64,000 nucleotides of DNA from Naegleria gruberi. Its lineage: Eukaryota. Positions 1-12,764 of this stretch are shown here, piece after piece. Position 1 is the stretch's first letter. Every line of letters starts with the position of its first letter. The position numbers and the translations under genes were made by a program. Under the pieces are notes generated by a model. That model was not told the DNA's origin. It did not search any database and was given only the letters and a program-made list of their open reading frames with translations. The DNA lies in NCBI GenBank assembly GCA_000004985.1, contig GG738887.1; one strand, 5' to 3'.

Positions 1-645
1 TTTTTCAAAACTGAATTTTTCAATATCCAAAAAGAAAAGAATATTTCAGTTTATATAATCAAAGTTAAAGGACATGAAGATAAGGAAAATATAATAGTAG
101 ATCGCCTTGCGAAAGATGGAACTGAAAGAGATAAGATCTTTGATATCAAATCCTTACTAACCAACCAATATTTACTTATGAAAAACGATATTGTGATCTT
201 TGATTGCAAAAGAATGACTGTAAATCGCCAACTTAAGGAGATGCACGAAGCAATTGATAGTAATCCCAACTTTATTCCAAACCAAAGCTGGTCATCAATT
301 AATGTAGCCTACCTCAAGTCACGACTGTCACCTAAAACCAAATATCAAATTTGGCGAAACGCTTCAAATTCTCATATCAAATATACACAGAAGAAAGATG
401 AATTGAATCCAACCTGCTCAGATTGTAATTGTCCCTCAAATTTAGAACATTACATACATGAATGCCCCAGACTAGACAATCAAAGAAGATATTGTCAAAA
501 TAGATTAACAGAAATACTTGATAGACCTGAGTGTTCACTCTCCCCTATCCAAGAAATTCCTTTCCAATACTCATATGTGCTATATTTCCATCACTCAGGC
601 ATAACCTTTTTTGAGAATGAATATATAGATAGATCCCCACCATAA
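1..645 (+). mobile_element. 3' fragment of a non-LTR retrotransposon ORF2 (end of RNase H domain plus C-terminal CCHC zinc knuckle), truncated at the window edge
   Basis: Frame 1 is open from nt 1 to the TAA at 643-645. The translation contains 'KVKGHEDKENIIVDRLAKDG', which matches the RNase H C-terminal motif (HxG..GNE.AD.LAK). Downstream is 'CSDCNCPSNLEHYIHECP', a C-x2-C-x8-H-x3-C knuckle typical of non-LTR ORF2 C-termini. Confidence 0.55.
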
Positions 646-784
646 CGTCTTAAAGAAATGGCCAGAGATCCAAGCTGCTATTTCCAAATTTATTGGAAGA
701 GCCTTCCTTATTTATCAAATTGATTCAAAACCTATTTACAAACGAAGTGAGAAATAGAATCTGAATAGATTCGCCAAAATGCAT

Positions 785-1514
785 TAAAAGATTTTTTTTG
801 ATTAATATTTTTAGCGGTTTGTTTTGATGAAGTTTTTTTGTTTTCGAAAACAAGAAAATTTCCATCAAATAATGGAATGATATTTTCTTTTAAAAAATGG
901 AAGTCAATTGATACAGACAATCTGCAGTTTTCAACATTGAAAGTGCCTTAGATTCATTTCCATTCTAATTCTAGGCAAATTTGGCTTCAAAGTTAAATAA
1001 ATATTTCAACTTTTGAAATCTTCTCCAACACCAGAGCTTACTTGTTTCGAATAATGAATTTTCCATCAGAATTCTGAAAAGATTAGAACGAACGAAATCA
1101 AACAGCGATTCTCTTTGAGTTCTTTCTCCTCAGTTCCAACTAATCAATGTCTAACAATAATCGAACACTGCTTCAATCCTTAATTCCACCTAATTTAAAA
1201 ATTTCGTCATCCACCAAACCAATTATCGATATCAACACCCTCAAATTAATTTCCACATACAACCGATTCAAACTCAACTCAAAATCCGATTATTATTTTC
1301 AATTTGAATGAGAAGAAGAACTGCCGAGTATTACCATCACCCTCATCTAATTTTTCTTCCGTTTTCCCGCCAAACTTTCACTGAAGATGAAGACTGATAA
1401 AAAGCCAAGCAGTAAAATTTTGTTTTATGAACAACCCAAATTCGTCCAAGCTATCAACGTCTCATCCCAACCCAAAAAGAATTAGAAAAAAATCGCATCA
1501 ACATTTCATATACT
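785..1514. repeat. Left arm of a long inverted repeat; the homology continues into the N gap
   Basis: 785-1514 aligns by eye, with few mismatches and small indels, to the reverse complement of 62990-63697. For example, 1427-1514 'atgaacaacccaaattcgtcc...catttcatatact' matches the RC of ~62993-63087. Confidence 0.8.
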
Positions 1515-4500
1515 NNNNNNNNNNNNNNNNNNNNNNNNNNNNNNNNNNNNNNNNNNNNNNNNNNNNNNNNNNNNNNNNNNNNNNNNNNNNNNNNNNNNNN
1601 NNNNNNNNNNNNNNNNNNNNNNNNNNNNNNNNNNNNNNNNNNNNNNNNNNNNNNNNNNNNNNNNNNNNNNNNNNNNNNNNNNNNNNNNNNNNNNNNNNNN
1701 NNNNNNNNNNNNNNNNNNNNNNNNNNNNNNNNNNNNNNNNNNNNNNNNNNNNNNNNNNNNNNNNNNNNNNNNNNNNNNNNNNNNNNNNNNNNNNNNNNNN
1801 NNNNNNNNNNNNNNNNNNNNNNNNNNNNNNNNNNNNNNNNNNNNNNNNNNNNNNNNNNNNNNNNNNNNNNNNNNNNNNNNNNNNNNNNNNNNNNNNNNNN
1901 NNNNNNNNNNNNNNNNNNNNNNNNNNNNNNNNNNNNNNNNNNNNNNNNNNNNNNNNNNNNNNNNNNNNNNNNNNNNNNNNNNNNNNNNNNNNNNNNNNNN
2001 NNNNNNNNNNNNNNNNNNNNNNNNNNNNNNNNNNNNNNNNNNNNNNNNNNNNNNNNNNNNNNNNNNNNNNNNNNNNNNNNNNNNNNNNNNNNNNNNNNNN
2101 NNNNNNNNNNNNNNNNNNNNNNNNNNNNNNNNNNNNNNNNNNNNNNNNNNNNNNNNNNNNNNNNNNNNNNNNNNNNNNNNNNNNNNNNNNNNNNNNNNNN
2201 NNNNNNNNNNNNNNNNNNNNNNNNNNNNNNNNNNNNNNNNNNNNNNNNNNNNNNNNNNNNNNNNNNNNNNNNNNNNNNNNNNNNNNNNNNNNNNNNNNNN
2301 NNNNNNNNNNNNNNNNNNNNNNNNNNNNNNNNNNNNNNNNNNNNNNNNNNNNNNNNNNNNNNNNNNNNNNNNNNNNNNNNNNNNNNNNNNNNNNNNNNNN
2401 NNNNNNNNNNNNNNNNNNNNNNNNNNNNNNNNNNNNNNNNNNNNNNNNNNNNNNNNNNNNNNNNNNNNNNNNNNNNNNNNNNNNNNNNNNNNNNNNNNNN
2501 NNNNNNNNNNNNNNNNNNNNNNNNNNNNNNNNNNNNNNNNNNNNNNNNNNNNNNNNNNNNNNNNNNNNNNNNNNNNNNNNNNNNNNNNNNNNNNNNNNNN
2601 NNNNNNNNNNNNNNNNNNNNNNNNNNNNNNNNNNNNNNNNNNNNNNNNNNNNNNNNNNNNNNNNNNNNNNNNNNNNNNNNNNNNNNNNNNNNNNNNNNNN
2701 NNNNNNNNNNNNNNNNNNNNNNNNNNNNNNNNNNNNNNNNNNNNNNNNNNNNNNNNNNNNNNNNNNNNNNNNNNNNNNNNNNNNNNNNNNNNNNNNNNNN
2801 NNNNNNNNNNNNNNNNNNNNNNNNNNNNNNNNNNNNNNNNNNNNNNNNNNNNNNNNNNNNNNNNNNNNNNNNNNNNNNNNNNNNNNNNNNNNNNNNNNNN
2901 NNNNNNNNNNNNNNNNNNNNNNNNNNNNNNNNNNNNNNNNNNNNNNNNNNNNNNNNNNNNNNNNNNNNNNNNNNNNNNNNNNNNNNNNNNNNNNNNNNNN
3001 NNNNNNNNNNNNNNNNNNNNNNNNNNNNNNNNNNNNNNNNNNNNNNNNNNNNNNNNNNNNNNNNNNNNNNNNNNNNNNNNNNNNNNNNNNNNNNNNNNNN
3101 NNNNNNNNNNNNNNNNNNNNNNNNNNNNNNNNNNNNNNNNNNNNNNNNNNNNNNNNNNNNNNNNNNNNNNNNNNNNNNNNNNNNNNNNNNNNNNNNNNNN
3201 NNNNNNNNNNNNNNNNNNNNNNNNNNNNNNNNNNNNNNNNNNNNNNNNNNNNNNNNNNNNNNNNNNNNNNNNNNNNNNNNNNNNNNNNNNNNNNNNNNNN
3301 NNNNNNNNNNNNNNNNNNNNNNNNNNNNNNNNNNNNNNNNNNNNNNNNNNNNNNNNNNNNNNNNNNNNNNNNNNNNNNNNNNNNNNNNNNNNNNNNNNNN
3401 NNNNNNNNNNNNNNNNNNNNNNNNNNNNNNNNNNNNNNNNNNNNNNNNNNNNNNNNNNNNNNNNNNNNNNNNNNNNNNNNNNNNNNNNNNNNNNNNNNNN
3501 NNNNNNNNNNNNNNNNNNNNNNNNNNNNNNNNNNNNNNNNNNNNNNNNNNNNNNNNNNNNNNNNNNNNNNNNNNNNNNNNNNNNNNNNNNNNNNNNNNNN
3601 NNNNNNNNNNNNNNNNNNNNNNNNNNNNNNNNNNNNNNNNNNNNNNNNNNNNNNNNNNNNNNNNNNNNNNNNNNNNNNNNNNNNNNNNNNNNNNNNNNNN
3701 NNNNNNNNNNNNNNNNNNNNNNNNNNNNNNNNNNNNNNNNNNNNNNNNNNNNNNNNNNNNNNNNNNNNNNNNNNNNNNNNNNNNNNNNNNNNNNNNNNNN
3801 NNNNNNNNNNNNNNNNNNNNNNNNNNNNNNNNNNNNNNNNNNNNNNNNNNNNNNNNNNNNNNNNNNNNNNNNNNNNNNNNNNNNNNNNNNNNNNNNNNNN
3901 NNNNNNNNNNNNNNNNNNNNNNNNNNNNNNNNNNNNNNNNNNNNNNNNNNNNNNNNNNNNNNNNNNNNNNNNNNNNNNNNNNNNNNNNNNNNNNNNNNNN
4001 NNNNNNNNNNNNNNNNNNNNNNNNNNNNNNNNNNNNNNNNNNNNNNNNNNNNNNNNNNNNNNNNNNNNNNNNNNNNNNNNNNNNNNNNNNNNNNNNNNNN
4101 NNNNNNNNNNNNNNNNNNNNNNNNNNNNNNNNNNNNNNNNNNNNNNNNNNNNNNNNNNNNNNNNNNNNNNNNNNNNNNNNNNNNNNNNNNNNNNNNNNNN
4201 NNNNNNNNNNNNNNNNNNNNNNNNNNNNNNNNNNNNNNNNNNNNNNNNNNNNNNNNNNNNNNNNNNNNNNNNNNNNNNNNNNNNNNNNNNNNNNNNNNNN
4301 NNNNNNNNNNNNNNNNNNNNNNNNNNNNNNNNNNNNNNNNNNNNNNNNNNNNNNNNNNNNNNNNNNNNNNNNNNNNNNNNNNNNNNNNNNNNNNNNNNNN
4401 NNNNNNNNNNNNNNNNNNNNNNNNNNNNNNNNNNNNNNNNNNNNNNNNNNNNNNNNNNNNNNNNNNNNNNNNNNNNNNNNNNNNNNNNNNNNNNNNNNNN

Positions 4501-7500
4501 NNNNNNNNNNNNNNNNNNNNNNNNNNNNNNNNNNNNNNNNNNNNNNNNNNNNNNNNNNNNNNNNNNNNNNNNNNNNNNNNNNNNNNNNNNNNNNNNNNNN
4601 NNNNNNNNNNNNNNNNNNNNNNNNNNNNNNNNNNNNNNNNNNNNNNNNNNNNNNNNNNNNNNNNNNNNNNNNNNNNNNNNNNNNNNNNNNNNNNNNNNNN
4701 NNNNNNNNNNNNNNNNNNNNNNNNNNNNNNNNNNNNNNNNNNNNNNNNNNNNNNNNNNNNNNNNNNNNNNNNNNNNNNNNNNNNNNNNNNNNNNNNNNNN
4801 NNNNNNNNNNNNNNNNNNNNNNNNNNNNNNNNNNNNNNNNNNNNNNNNNNNNNNNNNNNNNNNNNNNNNNNNNNNNNNNNNNNNNNNNNNNNNNNNNNNN
4901 NNNNNNNNNNNNNNNNNNNNNNNNNNNNNNNNNNNNNNNNNNNNNNNNNNNNNNNNNNNNNNNNNNNNNNNNNNNNNNNNNNNNNNNNNNNNNNNNNNNN
5001 NNNNNNNNNNNNNNNNNNNNNNNNNNNNNNNNNNNNNNNNNNNNNNNNNNNNNNNNNNNNNNNNNNNNNNNNNNNNNNNNNNNNNNNNNNNNNNNNNNNN
5101 NNNNNNNNNNNNNNNNNNNNNNNNNNNNNNNNNNNNNNNNNNNNNNNNNNNNNNNNNNNNNNNNNNNNNNNNNNNNNNNNNNNNNNNNNNNNNNNNNNNN
5201 NNNNNNNNNNNNNNNNNNNNNNNNNNNNNNNNNNNNNNNNNNNNNNNNNNNNNNNNNNNNNNNNNNNNNNNNNNNNNNNNNNNNNNNNNNNNNNNNNNNN
5301 NNNNNNNNNNNNNNNNNNNNNNNNNNNNNNNNNNNNNNNNNNNNNNNNNNNNNNNNNNNNNNNNNNNNNNNNNNNNNNNNNNNNNNNNNNNNNNNNNNNN
5401 NNNNNNNNNNNNNNNNNNNNNNNNNNNNNNNNNNNNNNNNNNNNNNNNNNNNNNNNNNNNNNNNNNNNNNNNNNNNNNNNNNNNNNNNNNNNNNNNNNNN
5501 NNNNNNNNNNNNNNNNNNNNNNNNNNNNNNNNNNNNNNNNNNNNNNNNNNNNNNNNNNNNNNNNNNNNNNNNNNNNNNNNNNNNNNNNNNNNNNNNNNNN
5601 NNNNNNNNNNNNNNNNNNNNNNNNNNNNNNNNNNNNNNNNNNNNNNNNNNNNNNNNNNNNNNNNNNNNNNNNNNNNNNNNNNNNNNNNNNNNNNNNNNNN
5701 NNNNNNNNNNNNNNNNNNNNNNNNNNNNNNNNNNNNNNNNNNNNNNNNNNNNNNNNNNNNNNNNNNNNNNNNNNNNNNNNNNNNNNNNNNNNNNNNNNNN
5801 NNNNNNNNNNNNNNNNNNNNNNNNNNNNNNNNNNNNNNNNNNNNNNNNNNNNNNNNNNNNNNNNNNNNNNNNNNNNNNNNNNNNNNNNNNNNNNNNNNNN
5901 NNNNNNNNNNNNNNNNNNNNNNNNNNNNNNNNNNNNNNNNNNNNNNNNNNNNNNNNNNNNNNNNNNNNNNNNNNNNNNNNNNNNNNNNNNNNNNNNNNNN
6001 NNNNNNNNNNNNNNNNNNNNNNNNNNNNNNNNNNNNNNNNNNNNNNNNNNNNNNNNNNNNNNNNNNNNNNNNNNNNNNNNNNNNNNNNNNNNNNNNNNNN
6101 NNNNNNNNNNNNNNNNNNNNNNNNNNNNNNNNNNNNNNNNNNNNNNNNNNNNNNNNNNNNNNNNNNNNNNNNNNNNNNNNNNNNNNNNNNNNNNNNNNNN
6201 NNNNNNNNNNNNNNNNNNNNNNNNNNNNNNNNNNNNNNNNNNNNNNNNNNNNNNNNNNNNNNNNNNNNNNNNNNNNNNNNNNNNNNNNNNNNNNNNNNNN
6301 NNNNNNNNNNNNNNNNNNNNNNNNNNNNNNNNNNNNNNNNNNNNNNNNNNNNNNNNNNNNNNNNNNNNNNNNNNNNNNNNNNNNNNNNNNNNNNNNNNNN
6401 NNNNNNNNNNNNNNNNNNNNNNNNNNNNNNNNNNNNNNNNNNNNNNNNNNNNNNNNNNNNNNNNNNNNNNNNNNNNNNNNNNNNNNNNNNNNNNNNNNNN
6501 NNNNNNNNNNNNNNNNNNNNNNNNNNNNNNNNNNNNNNNNNNNNNNNNNNNNNNNNNNNNNNNNNNNNNNNNNNNNNNNNNNNNNNNNNNNNNNNNNNNN
6601 NNNNNNNNNNNNNNNNNNNNNNNNNNNNNNNNNNNNNNNNNNNNNNNNNNNNNNNNNNNNNNNNNNNNNNNNNNNNNNNNNNNNNNNNNNNNNNNNNNNN
6701 NNNNNNNNNNNNNNNNNNNNNNNNNNNNNNNNNNNNNNNNNNNNNNNNNNNNNNNNNNNNNNNNNNNNNNNNNNNNNNNNNNNNNNNNNNNNNNNNNNNN
6801 NNNNNNNNNNNNNNNNNNNNNNNNNNNNNNNNNNNNNNNNNNNNNNNNNNNNNNNNNNNNNNNNNNNNNNNNNNNNNNNNNNNNNNNNNNNNNNNNNNNN
6901 NNNNNNNNNNNNNNNNNNNNNNNNNNNNNNNNNNNNNNNNNNNNNNNNNNNNNNNNNNNNNNNNNNNNNNNNNNNNNNNNNNNNNNNNNNNNNNNNNNNN
7001 NNNNNNNNNNNNNNNNNNNNNNNNNNNNNNNNNNNNNNNNNNNNNNNNNNNNNNNNNNNNNNNNNNNNNNNNNNNNNNNNNNNNNNNNNNNNNNNNNNNN
7101 NNNNNNNNNNNNNNNNNNNNNNNNNNNNNNNNNNNNNNNNNNNNNNNNNNNNNNNNNNNNNNNNNNNNNNNNNNNNNNNNNNNNNNNNNNNNNNNNNNNN
7201 NNNNNNNNNNNNNNNNNNNNNNNNNNNNNNNNNNNNNNNNNNNNNNNNNNNNNNNNNNNNNNNNNNNNNNNNNNNNNNNNNNNNNNNNNNNNNNNNNNNN
7301 NNNNNNNNNNNNNNNNNNNNNNNNNNNNNNNNNNNNNNNNNNNNNNNNNNNNNNNNNNNNNNNNNNNNNNNNNNNNNNNNNNNNNNNNNNNNNNNNNNNN
7401 NNNNNNNNNNNNNNNNNNNNNNNNNNNNNNNNNNNNNNNNNNNNNNNNNNNNNNNNNNNNNNNNNNNNNNNNNNNNNNNNNNNNNNNNNNNNNNNNNNNN

Positions 7501-10500
7501 NNNNNNNNNNNNNNNNNNNNNNNNNNNNNNNNNNNNNNNNNNNNNNNNNNNNNNNNNNNNNNNNNNNNNNNNNNNNNNNNNNNNNNNNNNNNNNNNNNNN
7601 NNNNNNNNNNNNNNNNNNNNNNNNNNNNNNNNNNNNNNNNNNNNNNNNNNNNNNNNNNNNNNNNNNNNNNNNNNNNNNNNNNNNNNNNNNNNNNNNNNNN
7701 NNNNNNNNNNNNNNNNNNNNNNNNNNNNNNNNNNNNNNNNNNNNNNNNNNNNNNNNNNNNNNNNNNNNNNNNNNNNNNNNNNNNNNNNNNNNNNNNNNNN
7801 NNNNNNNNNNNNNNNNNNNNNNNNNNNNNNNNNNNNNNNNNNNNNNNNNNNNNNNNNNNNNNNNNNNNNNNNNNNNNNNNNNNNNNNNNNNNNNNNNNNN
7901 NNNNNNNNNNNNNNNNNNNNNNNNNNNNNNNNNNNNNNNNNNNNNNNNNNNNNNNNNNNNNNNNNNNNNNNNNNNNNNNNNNNNNNNNNNNNNNNNNNNN
8001 NNNNNNNNNNNNNNNNNNNNNNNNNNNNNNNNNNNNNNNNNNNNNNNNNNNNNNNNNNNNNNNNNNNNNNNNNNNNNNNNNNNNNNNNNNNNNNNNNNNN
8101 NNNNNNNNNNNNNNNNNNNNNNNNNNNNNNNNNNNNNNNNNNNNNNNNNNNNNNNNNNNNNNNNNNNNNNNNNNNNNNNNNNNNNNNNNNNNNNNNNNNN
8201 NNNNNNNNNNNNNNNNNNNNNNNNNNNNNNNNNNNNNNNNNNNNNNNNNNNNNNNNNNNNNNNNNNNNNNNNNNNNNNNNNNNNNNNNNNNNNNNNNNNN
8301 NNNNNNNNNNNNNNNNNNNNNNNNNNNNNNNNNNNNNNNNNNNNNNNNNNNNNNNNNNNNNNNNNNNNNNNNNNNNNNNNNNNNNNNNNNNNNNNNNNNN
8401 NNNNNNNNNNNNNNNNNNNNNNNNNNNNNNNNNNNNNNNNNNNNNNNNNNNNNNNNNNNNNNNNNNNNNNNNNNNNNNNNNNNNNNNNNNNNNNNNNNNN
8501 NNNNNNNNNNNNNNNNNNNNNNNNNNNNNNNNNNNNNNNNNNNNNNNNNNNNNNNNNNNNNNNNNNNNNNNNNNNNNNNNNNNNNNNNNNNNNNNNNNNN
8601 NNNNNNNNNNNNNNNNNNNNNNNNNNNNNNNNNNNNNNNNNNNNNNNNNNNNNNNNNNNNNNNNNNNNNNNNNNNNNNNNNNNNNNNNNNNNNNNNNNNN
8701 NNNNNNNNNNNNNNNNNNNNNNNNNNNNNNNNNNNNNNNNNNNNNNNNNNNNNNNNNNNNNNNNNNNNNNNNNNNNNNNNNNNNNNNNNNNNNNNNNNNN
8801 NNNNNNNNNNNNNNNNNNNNNNNNNNNNNNNNNNNNNNNNNNNNNNNNNNNNNNNNNNNNNNNNNNNNNNNNNNNNNNNNNNNNNNNNNNNNNNNNNNNN
8901 NNNNNNNNNNNNNNNNNNNNNNNNNNNNNNNNNNNNNNNNNNNNNNNNNNNNNNNNNNNNNNNNNNNNNNNNNNNNNNNNNNNNNNNNNNNNNNNNNNNN
9001 NNNNNNNNNNNNNNNNNNNNNNNNNNNNNNNNNNNNNNNNNNNNNNNNNNNNNNNNNNNNNNNNNNNNNNNNNNNNNNNNNNNNNNNNNNNNNNNNNNNN
9101 NNNNNNNNNNNNNNNNNNNNNNNNNNNNNNNNNNNNNNNNNNNNNNNNNNNNNNNNNNNNNNNNNNNNNNNNNNNNNNNNNNNNNNNNNNNNNNNNNNNN
9201 NNNNNNNNNNNNNNNNNNNNNNNNNNNNNNNNNNNNNNNNNNNNNNNNNNNNNNNNNNNNNNNNNNNNNNNNNNNNNNNNNNNNNNNNNNNNNNNNNNNN
9301 NNNNNNNNNNNNNNNNNNNNNNNNNNNNNNNNNNNNNNNNNNNNNNNNNNNNNNNNNNNNNNNNNNNNNNNNNNNNNNNNNNNNNNNNNNNNNNNNNNNN
9401 NNNNNNNNNNNNNNNNNNNNNNNNNNNNNNNNNNNNNNNNNNNNNNNNNNNNNNNNNNNNNNNNNNNNNNNNNNNNNNNNNNNNNNNNNNNNNNNNNNNN
9501 NNNNNNNNNNNNNNNNNNNNNNNNNNNNNNNNNNNNNNNNNNNNNNNNNNNNNNNNNNNNNNNNNNNNNNNNNNNNNNNNNNNNNNNNNNNNNNNNNNNN
9601 NNNNNNNNNNNNNNNNNNNNNNNNNNNNNNNNNNNNNNNNNNNNNNNNNNNNNNNNNNNNNNNNNNNNNNNNNNNNNNNNNNNNNNNNNNNNNNNNNNNN
9701 NNNNNNNNNNNNNNNNNNNNNNNNNNNNNNNNNNNNNNNNNNNNNNNNNNNNNNNNNNNNNNNNNNNNNNNNNNNNNNNNNNNNNNNNNNNNNNNNNNNN
9801 NNNNNNNNNNNNNNNNNNNNNNNNNNNNNNNNNNNNNNNNNNNNNNNNNNNNNNNNNNNNNNNNNNNNNNNNNNNNNNNNNNNNNNNNNNNNNNNNNNNN
9901 NNNNNNNNNNNNNNNNNNNNNNNNNNNNNNNNNNNNNNNNNNNNNNNNNNNNNNNNNNNNNNNNNNNNNNNNNNNNNNNNNNNNNNNNNNNNNNNNNNNN
10001 NNNNNNNNNNNNNNNNNNNNNNNNNNNNNNNNNNNNNNNNNNNNNNNNNNNNNNNNNNNNNNNNNNNNNNNNNNNNNNNNNNNNNNNNNNNNNNNNNNNN
10101 NNNNNNNNNNNNNNNNNNNNNNNNNNNNNNNNNNNNNNNNNNNNNNNNNNNNNNNNNNNNNNNNNNNNNNNNNNNNNNNNNNNNNNNNNNNNNNNNNNNN
10201 NNNNNNNNNNNNNNNNNNNNNNNNNNNNNNNNNNNNNNNNNNNNNNNNNNNNNNNNNNNNNNNNNNNNNNNNNNNNNNNNNNNNNNNNNNNNNNNNNNNN
10301 NNNNNNNNNNNNNNNNNNNNNNNNNNNNNNNNNNNNNNNNNNNNNNNNNNNNNNNNNNNNNNNNNNNNNNNNNNNNNNNNNNNNNNNNNNNNNNNNNNNN
10401 NNNNNNNNNNNNNNNNNNNNNNNNNNNNNNNNNNNNNNNNNNNNNNNNNNNNNNNNNNNNNNNNNNNNNNNNNNNNNNNNNNNNNNNNNNNNNNNNNNNN

Positions 10501-10780
10501 NNNNNNNNNNNNNNNNNNNNNNNNNNNNNNNNNNNNNNNNNNNNNNNNNNNNNNNNNNNNNNNNNNNNNNNNNNNNNNNNNNNNNNNNNNNNNNNNNNNN
10601 NNNNNNNNNNNNNNNNNNNNNNNNNNNNNNNNNNNNNNNNNNNNNNNNNNNNNNNNNNNNNNNNNNNNNNNNNNNNNNNNNNNNNNNNNNNNNNNNNNNN
10701 NNNNNNNNNNNNNNNNNNNNNNNNNNNNNNNNNNNNNNNNNNNNNNNNNNNNNNNNNNNNNNNNNNNNNNNNNNNNNNNN
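1515..10780. other. Assembly gap (9,266 consecutive N)
   Basis: Uninterrupted n run. The track ORFs 1427..10864(+) and 1498..10821(-) are artefacts of translating N. Confidence 0.99.
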
Positions 10781-11159
10781 GGAATATATAATGATGATAA
10801 AAATACTGTAATATATTGCAATCTTAAATATTATTACTATTATAACTATATTGAAAATAGATGAGGAGTATTGTTCTTATTTACAAAACAGAAGAATATG
10901 AGAGAGTATAATACTAAATTTTAACAAAGGCTTTCAAATTCTTCTATTTTTTTATTAATAGAATTTTAAGCAACAATTCTGAAACAAAGCCTTGGTAGTA
11001 ATTGAGCTTTGAGAGAGAATTAATTTCAAATGAGTGTTTATTGAGAGTGTGATGTTTTTTATTGTACAATATATTTAGATTTTTTTGTTATTATGTTAGT
11101 TTTTCAATTTATATATGGAGTGAGAGAGGTTTGAATGGAATATTAAAATATTATTATTA

Positions 11160-11579
11160 TTATAAATTATTTAAATTATCTTTAATTGAATGAATGTATT
11201 GTTCTAAATCTTTAACATCTTCAAAATGAGTATAATTTCTATCAATGATAAATAATTTATTTTCCAATTCCTTAATACTTGATTTTAATTGTTCAAAATC
11301 TTTTTTAACTTGATTACTTGTTAAATATATATTTGTATTATTATTTAATGAATTATTATTATTAACAGATGATGAATGTATACTTTGTCTATCATAAAAT
11401 CTATTTATATTATTAAATGATGATGATAGTGAGGAAGAGGAGGATGATTGTTGTTGATTTAATATTTGAGAGAGTGATGTTTTATGGTAGGATGGTTGTT
11501 GTGAATGTGAATGAGATGATAAAGAAGAGGCACTACTCAGTACTGATAGATTATTATTAAGGTATGATGATGATTTCAT
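11160..11579 (-). CDS. Hypothetical Ser/Asn-rich protein with a C-terminal coiled-coil segment
   Basis: 139-aa ORF with a low-complexity N-terminal half. The C-terminal 'KKDFEQLKSSIKELENKLFIIDRNYTHFEDVKDLEQYIHSIKDNL' has a heptad-like pattern. No family recognised. Confidence 0.3.
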   Translation of the reverse strand: MKSSSYLNNNLSVLSSASSLSSHSHSQQPSYHKTSLSQILNQQQSSSSSSLSSSFNNINRFYDRQSIHSSSVNNNNSLNNNTNIYLTSNQVKKDFEQLKSSIKELENKLFIIDRNYTHFEDVKDLEQYIHSIKDNLNNL

Positions 11580-11699
11580 TTTTTTTAAGGTTTTTTAAAA
11601 ATATAACCGTTACTCTATCATTCAACTTGATCATCATTTAAAAATATATTAATTAAAATAAAATAAAATATTAAAATTTATTATTATTTAAATAAAATA

Positions 11700-12764
11700 T
11701 TAAAAAACAAATAAATGAATAAAATAAATAATTGGGAATGAAAATAATAAACCATCAATTCTATCTAAAACACCACCATGTGCACCAAAGAAAGAACCAG
11801 AATCTTTAACTTTTGCAATTCTTTTTAAATAAGATTCAATTAAATCACCAATTATACCTAAAATACCTAAAATAATACCATAAATAATATAATAATATAA
11901 TGAATTACAATTATAAGTACAATTATTTGAACTTGCAATTGTAATATTTGATTGTTCAAAAAATAAATGTAAATCAAAAATAAAATAATTAATAAAATAT
12001 AAAATAATAGATAATAAAACACTTCCAAATATAGCACCAATACCACCTTCAATAGTTTTATTAGGTGATAAATATTGATGTAATTTATATTTACCAAATG
12101 ATTTACCAAATGCTAATGCAAATGCATCAGATGACCAATTATCAAATAAAGTAATTACTAATAATAAACGATGTGTTTTTACCATAATTAGTGCTCCTGA
12201 AAATCCTAATCCAATATATAATACTGAAAATGTTCTCAAAAATATTTTAATAAATGTTCTTGTATGTTCTTCATCACTCTTTCCAAATGATGAAAATAAA
12301 ATCATATCAATTATAAAAATACTAAAATAAATAAATATAACATAACTAAATAATAATTCTAAATTATTTGGATAAAAATATGAAATAAATGTTAATACAA
12401 GTGTTAATATTAAATCAATATAAAAAGATGAATTGGATAGAATTTTTAAATCATGAGGTGTTGATATTTCTTTAATAGATGAAAGTTTAATTGTTGTTGT
12501 TGTTGTTGTATTGTTATTATTATTATTAGATGTATTAGTAGTAGTATCATTGTTATTATTATTGTTATTGATATTATTATTTGAGGATAAAGGTAAAATT
12601 AAATCAACAATTCTATTAGTAATACCATGTAATTCAAAAATACCAACAATGGATAACAATGTTGTAATTAAAATTAATAATGAATGATATTTAATACAAA
12701 ATATTACTATTGGTATAGCTACTCCTGCTACTATAAATCTTTGAATTAAATTCATTAAATTCAT
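11700..12764 (-). CDS. Phosphatidate cytidylyltransferase (CDP-diacylglycerol synthase / CTP-transferase-1 family) multi-pass membrane protein
   Basis: C-terminal signature 'ESYLKRIAKVKDSGSFFGAHGGVLDRIDGLLF' matches the CDS-family motif S-x-[LIVMF]-K-R-x4-K-D-x-[GSA]-x2-[LIF]-[PG]-x-H-G-G-[LIVMF]-x-D-R-[LIVMFT]-D. There is also 'NKTIEGGIGAIFGS' (KTxEG motif), several hydrophobic helices and an internal poly-N/T insert. Confidence 0.6.
   Translation of the reverse strand: MNLMNLIQRFIVAGVAIPIVIFCIKYHSLLILITTLLSIVGIFELHGITNRIVDLILPLSSNNNINNNNNNNDTTTNTSNNNNNNTTTTTTIKLSSIKEISTPHDLKILSNSSFYIDLILTLVLTFISYFYPNNLELLFSYVIFIYFSIFIIDMILFSSFGKSDEEHTRTFIKIFLRTFSVLYIGLGFSGALIMVKTHRLLLVITLFDNWSSDAFALAFGKSFGKYKLHQYLSPNKTIEGGIGAIFGSVLLSIILYFINYFIFDLHLFFEQSNITIASSNNCTYNCNSLYYYIIYGIILGILGIIGDLIESYLKRIAKVKDSGSFFGAHGGVLDRIDGLLFSFPIIYFIHLFVF

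Noticed and set aside
1427-10864. Track ORFs of more than 3,100 aa on both strands (1427..10864 +, 1498..10821 -)
   Set aside because: They consist almost entirely of X from translating the N gap. Only about 30 codons at either edge are real sequence.
11867-12109. 80-aa ORF antisense-frame within the cytidylyltransferase gene
   Set aside because: It overlaps a conserved-domain CDS and is composed of I/L/F/Y, an AT-rich frame artefact.
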